Origin: Rebecca billardiae RCC1528
Lineage: Eukaryota > Protista > Haptophyta
DNA: 64,000 nt
Direction: 5' to 3'
Assembly: GCA_965240325.2 (NCBI GenBank)
Contig: OZ251240.1
Location: 1,426,001-1,490,000, forward strand
Of the stretch, positions 36,058 to 47,739 are shown in pieces; the stretch's first letter is position 1; each line of letters starts with the position of its first letter. The position numbers and the translations under genes were made by a program. The notes under the pieces were generated by a model. That model made no database searches. It saw only the letters and a program-made list of their open reading frames with translations, and had not been told where the DNA came from.

Positions 36058-36966
36058 ATGGAGCCACCATTGATGCTCGCTGCGCTGGCCGCAGGGATGG
36101 GTGCACTCGCGTCTCACGCTTTGCACGCTAAGGGGCTTCCTCGCTGCGCTACGGCATTCGCGGCGGGACTTGCGGCGTGCTGCGCCGTCGACCTGCCGCA
36201 GTACCTGACACTTGCCACGATCGAGCTCGCCGCCCGTTGGCGGCGGCGATCTGCGCAGCTGGACACACTCACCGATGACTTTGCATTCGTCGTCAGCCCT
36301 CGGGCGGTCGATCGCAACGCGCACATGAACAATGCTGAGTATTTACGCCTAACGAACGTGGCTCGCCGGCGGCTACTGGCGCGCTCGGGCGTGTGGGCAT
36401 ACCTGCGCGCCGACGCACAATTTTCCAAAACGCGCGGACGCGCGCCGCTCAATTTGGTCGTAACAGCGCAGGCCATCCGGTACAGGCGCGAGCTGCGCCT
36501 GCTGCGGCGTTGCCGAGTGCAATCGCGCGTGGTGTGGGCGGACGACGATCGCAGCTTCTTCATCGAGCACCGCTTCGTCGCGCACGGCTTTGTGCACGCG
36601 CTGCAGCTCGTGAAGTACCGGCTGGTTGGGCATGGCTCTGACGGGGGCGGGGCACCGGACCATGGCGGCGGGGGGGTCACGCCATCCGAGCTCCTCGCGC
36701 GAGTCGAAGAGTGGCATCATCGCGGGGAGGCGAGGCGCGTGCGTTGCAGCTTGGCGCACGCGGGCACGGCCCCGCTGCTAGTCCCAGCGCAGGCTGCGAT
36801 CGCCTCCCCGCATGGTGAGGCCGAGGCCTCTGCCAGCGCAGGTGCTCAGCCGCGATTTGTTGGGCCATTACGGCGCGACGTCGAGTTGTTCCAGGACTTT
36901 GATCGCGCCTCCAGCGCACTGCTCCGCGCTGAGGCTCGAGCAGCAGGCAGCGCGGGTAACCGGTAA
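36058..36966 (+). CDS. Hotdog-fold thioesterase, THEM6-like
   Basis: DRNAHMNNAEYL, IRYRRELRL, DDRSFFIEHRF; hydrophobic N-terminus. Confidence 0.85.
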   Translation: MEPPLMLAALAAGMGALASHALHAKGLPRCATAFAAGLAACCAVDLPQYLTLATIELAARWRRRSAQLDTLTDDFAFVVSPRAVDRNAHMNNAEYLRLTNVARRRLLARSGVWAYLRADAQFSKTRGRAPLNLVVTAQAIRYRRELRLLRRCRVQSRVVWADDDRSFFIEHRFVAHGFVHALQLVKYRLVGHGSDGGGAPDHGGGGVTPSELLARVEEWHHRGEARRVRCSLAHAGTAPLLVPAQAAIASPHGEAEASASAGAQPRFVGPLRRDVELFQDFDRASSALLRAEARAAGSAGNR

Positions 36967-37288
36967 ATCTATACGATCGACTGCGCTGTGCGCACCGCGG
37001 GGCTACAGACTGAGACAGAGTACAGTGGCGCCGGCGGCGGTCGTGGCGCGCTAGCAAGCAGAATGCAGATACCTCGCCCTCGGCTACGGGTTGACAGTAC
37101 AGCAGTATATGACTGAATACGACGACGACGACATCGTGTCGTTGTCTTCTAGCTAGTTGAGCCTACCGCTCGGCCTGACGCCCGAGCCGGCGAGGCCACC
37201 TAATAGAGTAATAGCTAGACTCTTCGTGATCTGACTAGACAGTGATGATATATTAAATTGTCGATATATATATATATATATATATATG

Positions 37289-37800
37289 TACAGCTTGCTG
37301 ACTTTGACGCCTGCCCGTTGCATACCACGTCGTTAATATATATATATATATCGCCAAGATGGGGCGGGACACGTGGCGCGCGCGCCTCAGCGCGCCCTCG
37401 CGCCCCGCCGCCGAGCGCGCGCTGCTCGGCACCATGCGGCGCGAGCTGGGCATGCGCTGCCTGCGTGGCCAGGCCAAGATGCTCATGGCCCGCGCGCGCA
37501 TGGCGCACGTGCGCCCGGGGGCACGCGCCCGCGGGGGCGCTGCATACGACGACTACTTCGAGACGACGGCTGACGACGCGTGGCACCGCGACCACCGCGG
37601 TGGCGCGCGCGCGTCGACGCCAGACGGTGCGTCGAGCTTCCGCTCGGCGATGGAGTGATGGGCGACTACGAGGGGGGGGGGGACGACGGCGAGGAGCGCT
37701 GATCCTGGTGTTTGTCTCTGCTGCTCGATCTGATGCTGCTACAGCTTACAGCTTGCTGACTTTGACGCCTGCCCGTTGCATACCACGTCGTTAATATATT
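37289..37800 (+). mobile_element. Two tandem 5'-truncated copies (~50 bp and ~445 bp) of a putative non-LTR retroelement 3' end within (TA)n
   Basis: The tail tacagcttgctgactttgacgcctgcccgttgcataccacgtcgttaatata occurs at 37289 and 37748; ORF remnant RRELGMRCLRGQAKML; reverse copy at 59470-59778. Confidence 0.7.
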
Positions 37801-37872
37801 ATATATATAATATCGATATATATAATATTATAAATGACGAGTGCGCTGCAATTGATGTGTTCGCGTCGTTCG

Positions 37873-39402
37873 TCACTGAGCCGCAGGCTCACTCGCGTCG
37901 ATGTCTGATGGGTGGAGCATGCGAGGAAGCTTTTCAATGCGCGTGGGCGTGCCGAGGTGCTCCATGTCGGCGTAGCTCACGCCATGGCCGAGCGCGCCAG
38001 ACTGCACGCCGCACGAGTGCACGCCGCCGTCGGCCGTCACAAAGAGCGCCTGAACGTCACCGAGCGAGCAGTCGACAACACGCTCGTGCGAAAGCCTGTA
38101 CGTGCACTTGGGCATCAGCGTTTCCTCCGCGGCCCGCCCGATGCCCAGCACGCCCGAGCCGTTGTATCCAAACGAGTGCACGCAGCCGTCCACGTCGACC
38201 ACTGCGCTGCTGTAGTAGGAGCCCGCGCACGCGCGCACGGCGCGCTTGTCCATGAGCGCATCGATGCGCTTGGGCGAGAGCTGGGCCTCCTCGGTGCCAT
38301 GGCCCAGGCAGCCGCGCCACCCTGCTCCGAAGGAGTGCACCTCGCCCTCAACGTCGACCACCAGGCTGTGGAAGACGCCTGCGCTCACGTGCACGGCGCG
38401 CACGCCGGCGAGCGCCGCGATGCGCCGCGGCAAGTGTTGATGCTCCTCATCGCCGTGCCCGAGGCGCCCTTCCATGCCATCGCCAAACGAGTAGACGTCT
38501 GCACGCACGGAGAGCAGGAGCGTGTGCACACACCCCGCCGACATGCCGCCGATCGGCACGCCGTCCAGCGCCTCGATCCGTGCCGGCTCCCATCGCTCGA
38601 GGGTGTCGCCGTGGCCGAGCTGGCCCTCCGCGTTATCCCCCCAGCTGTAGACGGTGCCTGCGGAGGTGAGCGCGAGGCTGCTGAACGCCCCAGCCGCGAC
38701 GTGCACGATGGCAGCGCCGTGGAACGCGTCGTCAAGCCGCGTGAAGCAGCGGCGCGTGTCCGCGCCGTTGATCCCGAGCTGGCCGAGGTGATTGTGGCCG
38801 CACGTGTAGACGGCGCCATCGGCGCTCAGCGCAAGCAAGTGCTGCCAGCCGGCGGCCACGGCGCACACACGAATGGCCGAGAGCAGGGTGACGCGCATCG
38901 GCACGAGCACGGTCGTTTCGTCGGGATGGCCCAACGCGTCGGTGGGCACGAAGCGCCCCGTGCTCGCGCCTGCGTGGTCGTACTCGGCCACCTCGCCGCA
39001 CGTGTGCAGCCCGCCGCGCGCGTCGACGAACGCGCTCATCGAGCCCTCGCCCAGGCCTCCGCTGGCGGCGACGAGCGCGTGCGCATGCGCGAGCTCGATC
39101 ACGCGCTCGCCGACGAGGAGCTTCTCCGTCCACGAGCACGCACCCGGCGGCAGCTCGACTGGTACAGCGTGTGCGTGCCCGCGAGCACGCACGCGCTCGC
39201 GCAGCGCGTACTCGACTGCAGAGTTGCCGCGCGAAGTGCCGCGGAAGAGGCGAGCGGCGGCGTTGGCGCTGGCGAGATCTTTCGCGAGCGGAAGGTACGA
39301 AGCGATCCGTCCGATCACCTCGGATGGCATGTCGCTGAGCGCGAGCCTCGGCGTCCGGGGGCTTGGCATTGCGTCGTGTGTCATAGAGGAGGCGGATGGC
39401 AT
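37873..39402 (-). CDS. F-box + RCC1-repeat protein
   Basis: F-box LSDMPSEVIGRIASYL; repeated VYSWGDNAEGQLGHGD-type RCC1 blades. Confidence 0.9.
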   Translation of the reverse strand: MPSASSMTHDAMPSPRTPRLALSDMPSEVIGRIASYLPLAKDLASANAAARLFRGTSRGNSAVEYALRERVRARGHAHAVPVELPPGACSWTEKLLVGERVIELAHAHALVAASGGLGEGSMSAFVDARGGLHTCGEVAEYDHAGASTGRFVPTDALGHPDETTVLVPMRVTLLSAIRVCAVAAGWQHLLALSADGAVYTCGHNHLGQLGINGADTRRCFTRLDDAFHGAAIVHVAAGAFSSLALTSAGTVYSWGDNAEGQLGHGDTLERWEPARIEALDGVPIGGMSAGCVHTLLLSVRADVYSFGDGMEGRLGHGDEEHQHLPRRIAALAGVRAVHVSAGVFHSLVVDVEGEVHSFGAGWRGCLGHGTEEAQLSPKRIDALMDKRAVRACAGSYYSSAVVDVDGCVHSFGYNGSGVLGIGRAAEETLMPKCTYRLSHERVVDCSLGDVQALFVTADGGVHSCGVQSGALGHGVSYADMEHLGTPTRIEKLPRMLHPSDIDASEPAAQ

Positions 39403-40901
39403 CGAGGCAGGCGCGTCGTAGGTTGGAAGGTAGGATCTACAGGTGTGATGGGTGGAGCGGCGTGAATGTGGAGAGGGCGATCAAAAGCGCCGTTTCGACG
39501 TCGCTCATCCAATATACGACGTTTGGCGGTGTTCTCTGTGGGCATCTTGATATTTGGATTGTTCCCAGTTCAAAAAGGCTGGTGAGCACAATTCAGTGGT
39601 CAGCCTATATTCATATTTTCTCACATCCAATGAGATAGCAATCACAGGAAAGATGAGGCCATGATCGAGCTGAGATGGCGTTCTCCCGATTGACCCCTAT
39701 TGAATTACGTGAACCCTACTCCGATCAAGGGCCGGCCGTACTCCGATGTTCAATGTTTGCTAGTGAGCGGAGTAGCATGACGCCCAGAAGTAATTTACTC
39801 CATCATTTGACGATATGAAAATTATGACGCCTATAAACGCCGTTTGGCAGGTCGGGGTCCACGCTACCGCCGTCTATTCCTTTTCATTGAGCACGCGTTC
39901 GCAATTCACGTTGGTTCATCCGTTCCTCTCGGGGAACCGTCGGGAATGCTCCCCTACTACTCACCAGGCAAATAAGTACTTTCATTGCCTTCCGCTCGCT
40001 ACATACAGTAGTTAGAAGAAGCCTTTCCGTTTGGTCTGCCATCTCTTGCGACCCCAGTAGCTAGTAGTTCTAAGTAGTTCAGTTAGTTCTGCACCCAACC
40101 GTTTAGTTTACGGCGTCCCTCACCCGTCCAAAGACCCGCCCAGGCCGCGCCGCCTCCTCGCCGCCCTCGCCGCCCTCTCTCGGCGCGCAAAGACCTGCTG
40201 AATGGCACGCGCAGTTCTGGACAGCAGGCCTGTCTGACGAGCATGACGATTGATGGCCTGCCCGCTCCCGTGACATCCTGTGCGATGGGCATGAGACTAG
40301 TGAGTAGTGAGTACTAGTGGCTAGGTCCACGGTTTTATTACAACTGTCGGAACAATCTGTACAATCTGACTGACCGGCTCGGCCCTTAGAGTGCTTCGTC
40401 GCATGCAGCGTCATTAGACTCGTGCACGCAACCACACGGCCTATACGTGAAGCGCGTGGGCAAGCTGCTGAAGCTCTATCACGATGCGCGCTTCCTTCTC
40501 ACCTCCGCGCTCGCCGACCGCCGTGCCCAGTGCCCCAGTTCCGCGCGCGGGCGCGCGGACCGCGGGCGGACACCTGCCCGCGACTCTGCGGCGCGCTCGA
40601 CGCAGCCTGCGCGCAGCGGCGCCGTAACGCGGAAGGTGGTACGAAGATCCGCGCGCTGCCACGCTCCCGCTGCCGGCAGCAGCGGCATGCCCGAGGCGGC
40701 GACAGTGACTATCATCACGCCGTGCTGTTCAACACTTCAACAGTGCCAAAGTAAGCTGAGCAGCGTATAAGATTGTTAGAGAGTAGCGGGTAGCCAGTGT
40801 CGATTTTTCGGCGCTCACGCCCGACGCCGTCCGCGAGCCATCTGACGCGTGCAACTGGTCAATCGGCATCGTCAGTCGTCCATATATCAGTCTGACGGAC
40901 A

Positions 40902-43370
40902 TCACGAGAGAGCACAGCTGGCGCTGCGCTGCTCGAGGCCGATCGCACGTCGCAGCGCGCCAACGTGGACCCACGGCACCGTCCTTTGCGACGCGACGTA
41001 CGCCAGCGGCGCCGTGGCGAGCAGCTCCAGCACGAGCTCGACGACGCGATCGGCGCCGGCCTCCTCGTGCGGCGGCAGTGGCTCCTGCGGCGCGTGGGCC
41101 TGCAGCGGCGCGCTGCCGGCCGCTGCGCCGGCGGGATGCTCGAGCGCCGGCGTCGGGCTGGCGGCGAGGACGAGCGCGACGAGCGAGCGCACCTCGTGCG
41201 GTGCCAACGGCCGTCCCTCCAGCCGTCTCGCGCGCGTGAGCTGTGGGAAGCGCACGCCTGCTTCCCGCGCGCGGTGCATTGCCCAGCCTGGCACGTACCG
41301 CCAGGGCACCGCGTGCGGCGCATGGCGCCGGCGAGCGGGGCCGGCGGGGAAGGGGGCGTCAGTCAGCACGCCAGCGTCAGCCAGCACGCCAGTCAGCGCA
41401 CGCGGCAGGTGGGCGCACCCAGCCCCAGCCACACGGCCGAGCGCACGGCCCAGCGCTCCGCGCAGCCTCAACACGCGCAAGCAAGGGCGCATCACCGGCG
41501 CTCGCTCGGGCCCCGGGCGGCACACCCAGCCAGCAGCGCCTGCTGGCGCGGAGCAGTGCGCGGGGTATGACGCTGTCGCCTGTCGGCCCATTAGCCGGTG
41601 CGCGCGGCGCGGCGCCGTCCCGCCGCCCCGCCCCGTCCCGTACCGTAGTTGAGGAAGGGCGCGTGCTGCGACAGCTCGCGCGACTCCTTGCGGAACTGGC
41701 GGAGGACCTCAAGGTCGACTGCGCGCGCGGCACGGCGCGGGGTGCGGGCCACGCACGGCGGCGCAGCAGCTCAGCCGTGCGCGCGCGCTGACAACCGTGC
41801 GCGCGCGCGCCGCGTGCGGCCGCCCGTACTCGTGGCCGCTGCCTCGAGCTGCTGCCAGTAGTCCAGCGCCTCCGGCCCGTCCGTGCACAGCCGGACGGTC
41901 AGCCGGACCGGCAGCCCCGCCATCGCATCGAGCGCCTCTGCCAGGTCGCCATCTGTCGGCTTGCCGTCGGTGACCACCGTCACCGTCACCTCCTCCCCTG
42001 CCGCGCGCAGCTCCGCCGCGTGCGCCGCCACCATGCGGCCCAGCGCGCGCACCTGACGCGGCCGAGCACGAACACCCCCAGGGGGGGCAGGCGCCCGGAC
42101 GTGACGCGCGGGGCGCGGCGCGCGGGCGTGAGCCGGCGTCAGGCAGCAGCCCCCAATCCCAACCCCTCGGCCCCGCGCCTGCCACGATCACACCCCGCGA
42201 GCCCGGCGCGAGCTCGAGCGTGGGGCGCGGCGCGGGGCAGCGCGCGCGCACGTGCGCGACGAGGGGTGTGCGACCGCCCGGCCACGAGCCGAGCGCCTCC
42301 CGCAGCGCGGGCAGCTCCGCCTCGCTCTGCACGAGGACGCGCGCGGGGCCGTGCTGCGGCGTGTTGAGGAAGCGGAACTCAGTCGGCGTGCGCGCCGCCG
42401 CCGCGAGCGTCCCATGCCACAGCGCGGCGCTCCCAATCTCGCGCCAGCGCGAGCAGCGCACGAGCCGCGGGCGCGCGGCAGACACGCTGCCGCCGCCGCG
42501 CCGAGCGCCGCTGCCGCCGTTGAGCGTCGCGCCGCCGTTCAGAGTGGCGCCGCCGTCGTCGAGGCGCTCGCCGTCCTTGGAGACGGTGGAGGACGAGTTG
42601 TCGCACAGCCAGAAGCAGCGCGCGCGCGCGCGCATGCGCGCGCACACGAGCGCGCGCAGCCCTGCCGGGAAGCCGTCCACGTCGAGCAGCGCGCGCGCTC
42701 GCGCCTCGGCCGCGCCCACGCCGGCGTCGGCGGCGGCGTCGGCGCCGAGAGGCGGAGCGCTCGAGCGCGCGTCACGCAGCAGCGGTGCGTCTGCCGCGAG
42801 TGGCGGCGGGTCTGCCGCGGGCGCGCCGCTTGGTGCCATGGCACCCGCCCGCGTGGGCGCGCGCCTCGGCGCCGGCGCCGCGCCCTCCGCCGAGAGTGCT
42901 GGCGGCAGTGCGGCAGGGGCGGGCGCAGGCCGCGCGTGCGGCTCAGGTGACGGCTGCGCGCTCGGCGGCCACGACGCACGCGTCGCGCCAGCAGCCGAGC
43001 GCGCGGGTGGTGGCGCGTGTGGCGAGTCCGTGCGCGGGGCACTGCCGCCCACACGCGCCACGGCCGGCTCGATGCCCGCACGGGCCGCAGGCGCGTTGTC
43101 GGCCGCAGCTCGCGCGAGCCCTGGTGCGAGGGCTGCGTCCGCAGAGGCGGGCCGCGGGGTGTCGGGCGTTTGAAACGGCTGCACGCCGTGCGATGCTGGT
43201 ATGCTTGCCGCCCGACGCCGCGCGCGCCGGTACGAGTCGCGGCCCGGCAAGGACGCGCTCAGCTGCGCCATGGTGTTGGCCCTGTCCGCGCACGACCACA
43301 CGGGCGCAGCAGCACGCAGCGTGGCAGGCAGCGAGGCGCGGCGCTGGGTGCACGCGCTGGCGGGTGCCAT
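40902..43370 (-). CDS. vWA-like domain protein; exons 43370?-42252, 42052-41830, 41718-41644, 41287-40902 (start uncertain)
   Basis: MIDAS-like CDNSSS, GRTPL, VVTDGKP, VRLCTD; three GT-AG introns keep frame. Confidence 0.75.
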
Positions 43371-43899
43371 GGCGCGCGAGTCCAGCCGAGCAGTGCGCGG
43401 GGAACCGCGTGCGTCGTCGGGCGAGGCTGGGGGCGCCCGCTGGGGTCCAAGCCCGAGCGGGGCCGGCGGGGCCGCCATCGTGAGACCTGCCCAGGCCGGT
43501 GCCATTTTCGACGCAAGAAAAGCCACAATCATCGTCATCCCGAAATCCGGCGATGAGTGAGATGATCGGGACGCGGTGAATGTAGCGATTTGTTTGCCCG
43601 GCAGTTTGCCAGTTTCCCCCCAAAACCCTCCGGTTTGGGGCAGTAGAATTGCCCGCATCCACGTCGCCACCTCGCGAGGCCGGCGATCTCATGCGGCACA
43701 CAAACCGGGCCGGCTCGAGCGCACTCGAGCGGTTCCGGCCGGGGCCGTTCCGCGCTGATGATGGGGCGAACGGCCACTTTTGGTGCGGCAACTCGGGACG
43801 CCGCGCGCCGGCGGGTGGGCCTAAGACTTGGACGGCAGCCGCCCGCCCCCGGCCACCGCATCCACCCCTCACACCGGCCGGCCGCCCGGCGTTCGCCAA

Positions 43900-44845
43900 G
43901 ATGGTGGCGCTGTCCATGCCTCTCTCGTCCCTGCTGAGCTCATCCGAGGCGCCCCTCTTGAGGCTCGCGGCCGCGCTTACCATGCCCGCAACCAAACTGT
44001 TGGCCCTTCTGTCTGCGTGGCTCGAGCCGACCGAGCCGAGTCCGATGGACGCCCTGCTGAACGAGAGCATCCCGCAGTGCGTGGCGTCGTTCGCGCTCTG
44101 CTACGTGCTCGACGCGGCGGTGGTTCGGATCGGATGCGCCAAGTCGCGCTGGTTCACCCTTCACACCCTCGTCAACATCATCGTCGTCGCCCTCTCCGCC
44201 GACGACGCGTACTACACGCTCAAGGCGCCGATGCATGCCGTCGGCGGCCCTGCGTCGACCATGGCGATCTCGCTGATCATCGCGCTGCACGCGTACCACG
44301 CGGTGTTTTTCAAACTGAGCGCCGTCGACATCGTGCACCACGTCGTCTCCGTCGGGATCCTCGGCCCCCTCGCCGTGTGGTTCCGGCCGGGCGTGTTCAT
44401 GAATTACGTGTGCTTCTTCGTGAGCGGCCTGCCAGGCGGGATCGACTACGCGATGCTCGCGCTGGTGAAGCATGGGTACATGGACGCGCTGACGGAGAAG
44501 TACTGGAACACCAAAATCAACGTGTGGATGCGCGGGCCCTTCCTCGTCATCGGCAGCTTCATCGCCTACCAGTCGGCCCTCGAGTCGACTGCCTCTGGCT
44601 CGTGCAAGGCGCCCGGGCTCAACACGGCATCGCTGGTGACAGCTGCCGTGCTGCTGTGGAACGGTCAGTTCTTCGCGGAACGCGTGATCGTCAACTACGG
44701 GATGAAGAGCAAGGAGTCGACCGCCGAGATGTACGCGAGCAGCGTGCTGGTGAACCTCCCACGCAACATGTCGAAGAACTCCCTGAGCAAGCTTGCGCGC
44801 AACCTGTCGCGTGACTCCTTGCTGCGGCTGGCTGAGGGCGCCTGA
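43900..44845 (+). CDS. TLC (TRAM/LAG1/CLN8)-like membrane protein (start may be 44045)
   Basis: Multiple TMs, DIVHHV, SGLPGGIDYAMLALVK, INVWMRGP. Confidence 0.75.
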
Positions 44846-45961
44846 GGCAGGCAGCAGATCAACGACGTATCATAGACGAGCGAGTAAACTGTGAGCCTCA
44901 TATCAGACTATGTTGCGGCGCTACGGGTTATTATGTCGGGCTGATACTTGTATAATCAGCAGGCCCGGCGGGCCCGCAGGCCGGCGGCCGCGCCGCACTC
45001 GTTACCGCGACTGAGACTCGGAGTGAGTGAGTCGGAGAGCAGTTTGAATAGTGTCACGCGGTCGGACCGTCCGTGCTGGCTGGCGGTTATTATACTGCGC
45101 CGCTATACTCATCATCGGCGCACTACTCAGCCTGATGATACTATCCGCCCTGGTATATATACCGTGACATACTGGCACACGACTTTAAAGGGCCAGGCGG
45201 CGCCGGCGTGGGCCCGCGCGGACAGTTCAATGAGTTTCTTAGCCTCTCATGACAAACGGGCCCGCGCCGTGGGCCGAACTCCGAATATAGGACAGTGCCC
45301 CCTGCCTGTTCATCAGCACCCCACCCTTGATGGCGTTGCACGCTGAGCCGTCGCGATGCACTGCGCCAGCGTCACACTTCATCAAGAGCAAGTGATCAAG
45401 AGCAAGTGCTCACTTGCTCTTGATGAAGCAAGTGAGCAAGACGCGAGCACACTTGCCGCAGCTGGAGAGAGCAGGACTCTCACGGTGTCATTCGCGCCGT
45501 TCTGGACTGTGCTGTAGACGCAACCGCCACCCGAGTCAGTTGTCTGTCATTCCGGTCCGGGACACCCGGGCTGCTGGCTCACAAGCTGCAACGAGCGGCG
45601 ACGGGTGGTGGGGGCGGGGGGCACAACGCGCGCATCGCATTGCCTGACCGCCCGAGCCCAAGCGGCGAGCAGCCTCTCATGACAAACGCGCGGCGCGGCC
45701 GCGCTGCCAAACAGGATCAGGCGGCGCGCACGTCGATGTGTACCACTCGCGCACACCCGTGTCGCGCCCATGACGCACGGCGAGCTCCGTCCCTGATCAT
45801 CATGGGCGCTTGCCGGCCAACGCTACCAACGCGGCTTCCATCCTTGGGTCCGGACATCCGGTGGCGCGAGTCCGGACGAGCGCCGTTGCGAAACTCAACA
45901 GGTCAGATCACACCAGGGTGGCGGCTCCCCCTTCGCCCAGCCTCAACCGGCGGGGCGACTG

Positions 45962-47703
45962 ATGGGCGGCGGCACGGGCCCCGACGGCGCGGACCCGCCG
46001 GGCGGGGCGCCGACGGAGGACCCCGCGGCTGCGCCGACCCCCTCAGTGGCCGCGGCCACGTTCACACCCGCCGACGGCGGCTCGCGCCAGCGCGGCTTCT
46101 ACTCGGAGAAGCTCGACCCCGAGTACGTCGCCAAGGCGCTCGCGAGCTCGCCGAAGCGCGCGAAGGGCGGCGGCGGCGGCGCGCGCCCCGGCTTCGTGTC
46201 GAAGGCGGCGGGCGCGCACCCCGCCGGCGCGCTCCAGGGCGCGCGGCGGCAGGTCGTCCCCAAGGCGAGCACGTTTGTGTCGGCGCCGGAGGACGAGGGC
46301 GCGCTGCGGCGCAAGGCCGCGCTCGGCCTCGGCGTCGACGCGCGCGGCGCGCGCGACGTCGAGCCGCCGTCGAAGGCGCTCGAGCCGAAGGTGCTCGTGC
46401 CCTTCAACCCGGGCCCGGGCAAGACCCCGCGCCAGATCATGATCGAGCGGCAGAAGCGCCTCTTTGCGCAGCAGGACATCCAGCAGCTGCTGCTCGCCGA
46501 GGGCGTCGACGCGTGCGCCGCCGAGCCGGAGGGCGCGCTGCCGCTCGAGCTGTTCGACGACACGGAGTTCGAGTCGCGGCCGCCGGAGGAGTGGATCGAG
46601 CTCGCGCGCGACGACGCGAGCGGCGAGACGCGCCACGTCCCCGCCACCTGCCTGCACCGCGACGAGTCGACGCGCGAGGGCCGGTGGCGGCCGTGCCAGG
46701 TGCTCGCGTACGACGGCGGTGCGGCGCTCTTCGACGTGCGCGTGCGCGAGGGGCGCGACGCGGAGTGGGAGGGGCTGCGGCTGCCGCGCATCGCGGTGCT
46801 GTTCGCCGCCGAGGACCCCTTCGTCTTCGCGCGCCGCGTCGCCGCCGCGCACAAGGGCCGCGCCTCCGCCGAGGCGCTGCTGCGGTACGAGCTGTGCGTC
46901 GACTCGATGCCAAGCGACGACGTGTCCTCGCTCGAGAAGGAGCGCGTCTCGCGGATGCTCGCGCTGGCGCTGAACACGGCGCGGCTGCAGGAGCGGCAGA
47001 TGAACGCGTCCGCGCTGCTCAACGAGGTCAACGTCGAGTACGCCCGCGCGATGTGCGCCATCATCTTCGACCGGCTCGCCGACGCGTCGGCGGCGGCCGA
47101 CGCGGCCGCGCCGGACGAGGAGGGGCGGCGCCGCATGCGCCAGGTGTCCATCTTCTCGCAGATCGAGGTGCCGCCGAAGCCGGCGAGGCCGGCGGTGCCG
47201 TGGAAGGCGACGGTGGAGGTCCCCGAGCACGACGTCGCCGAGCAGTCCCGCGCCTTCGCCTTCGCCACCCTCCTCTCGCAGCGCGAGGTGATCTCGGCGC
47301 TGATGCGCGTGCGCGCCGAGTGCCTCAAGGTGCAGGGGATGGCTCTGGTCGCGGTCGGCTTCGCAAAGTCGGTGCGGCTGGAGGAGTTCGAGCAGGCGCA
47401 GCAGCAGGCGCTCTCGGCGACGGCGACGCACCTCAAGGACGCGTGGATCCCCGCGCTCAAGTCGGGCATCCGCTCCAACCTCAAGGACATCGGCAAGGGC
47501 TGGTTCAACCTGCTCGAGACGGACGAGCGCGTGTACGCGATGAGCAAGCTGCGCCGCCTGCTCGCGACCGTCAAGCTGATGATGCAGGACTCGGTGGTGT
47601 ACCTGGCGGAGGAGTCGCTCGAGGCGTACGCCGCGTTCATCGACTCGCGCACCGCCTTCCACGTCGACGTGCGCTCCGTCTCCGACGTGCGCGTCACGCC
47701 GCT

Positions 47704-47739
<36 letters not shown>

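Noticed and set aside
39420-40850. Lower-GC stretch (also 60050-61200) as possible foreign DNA
   Set aside because: No credible ORF, termini or repeats; left unassigned.
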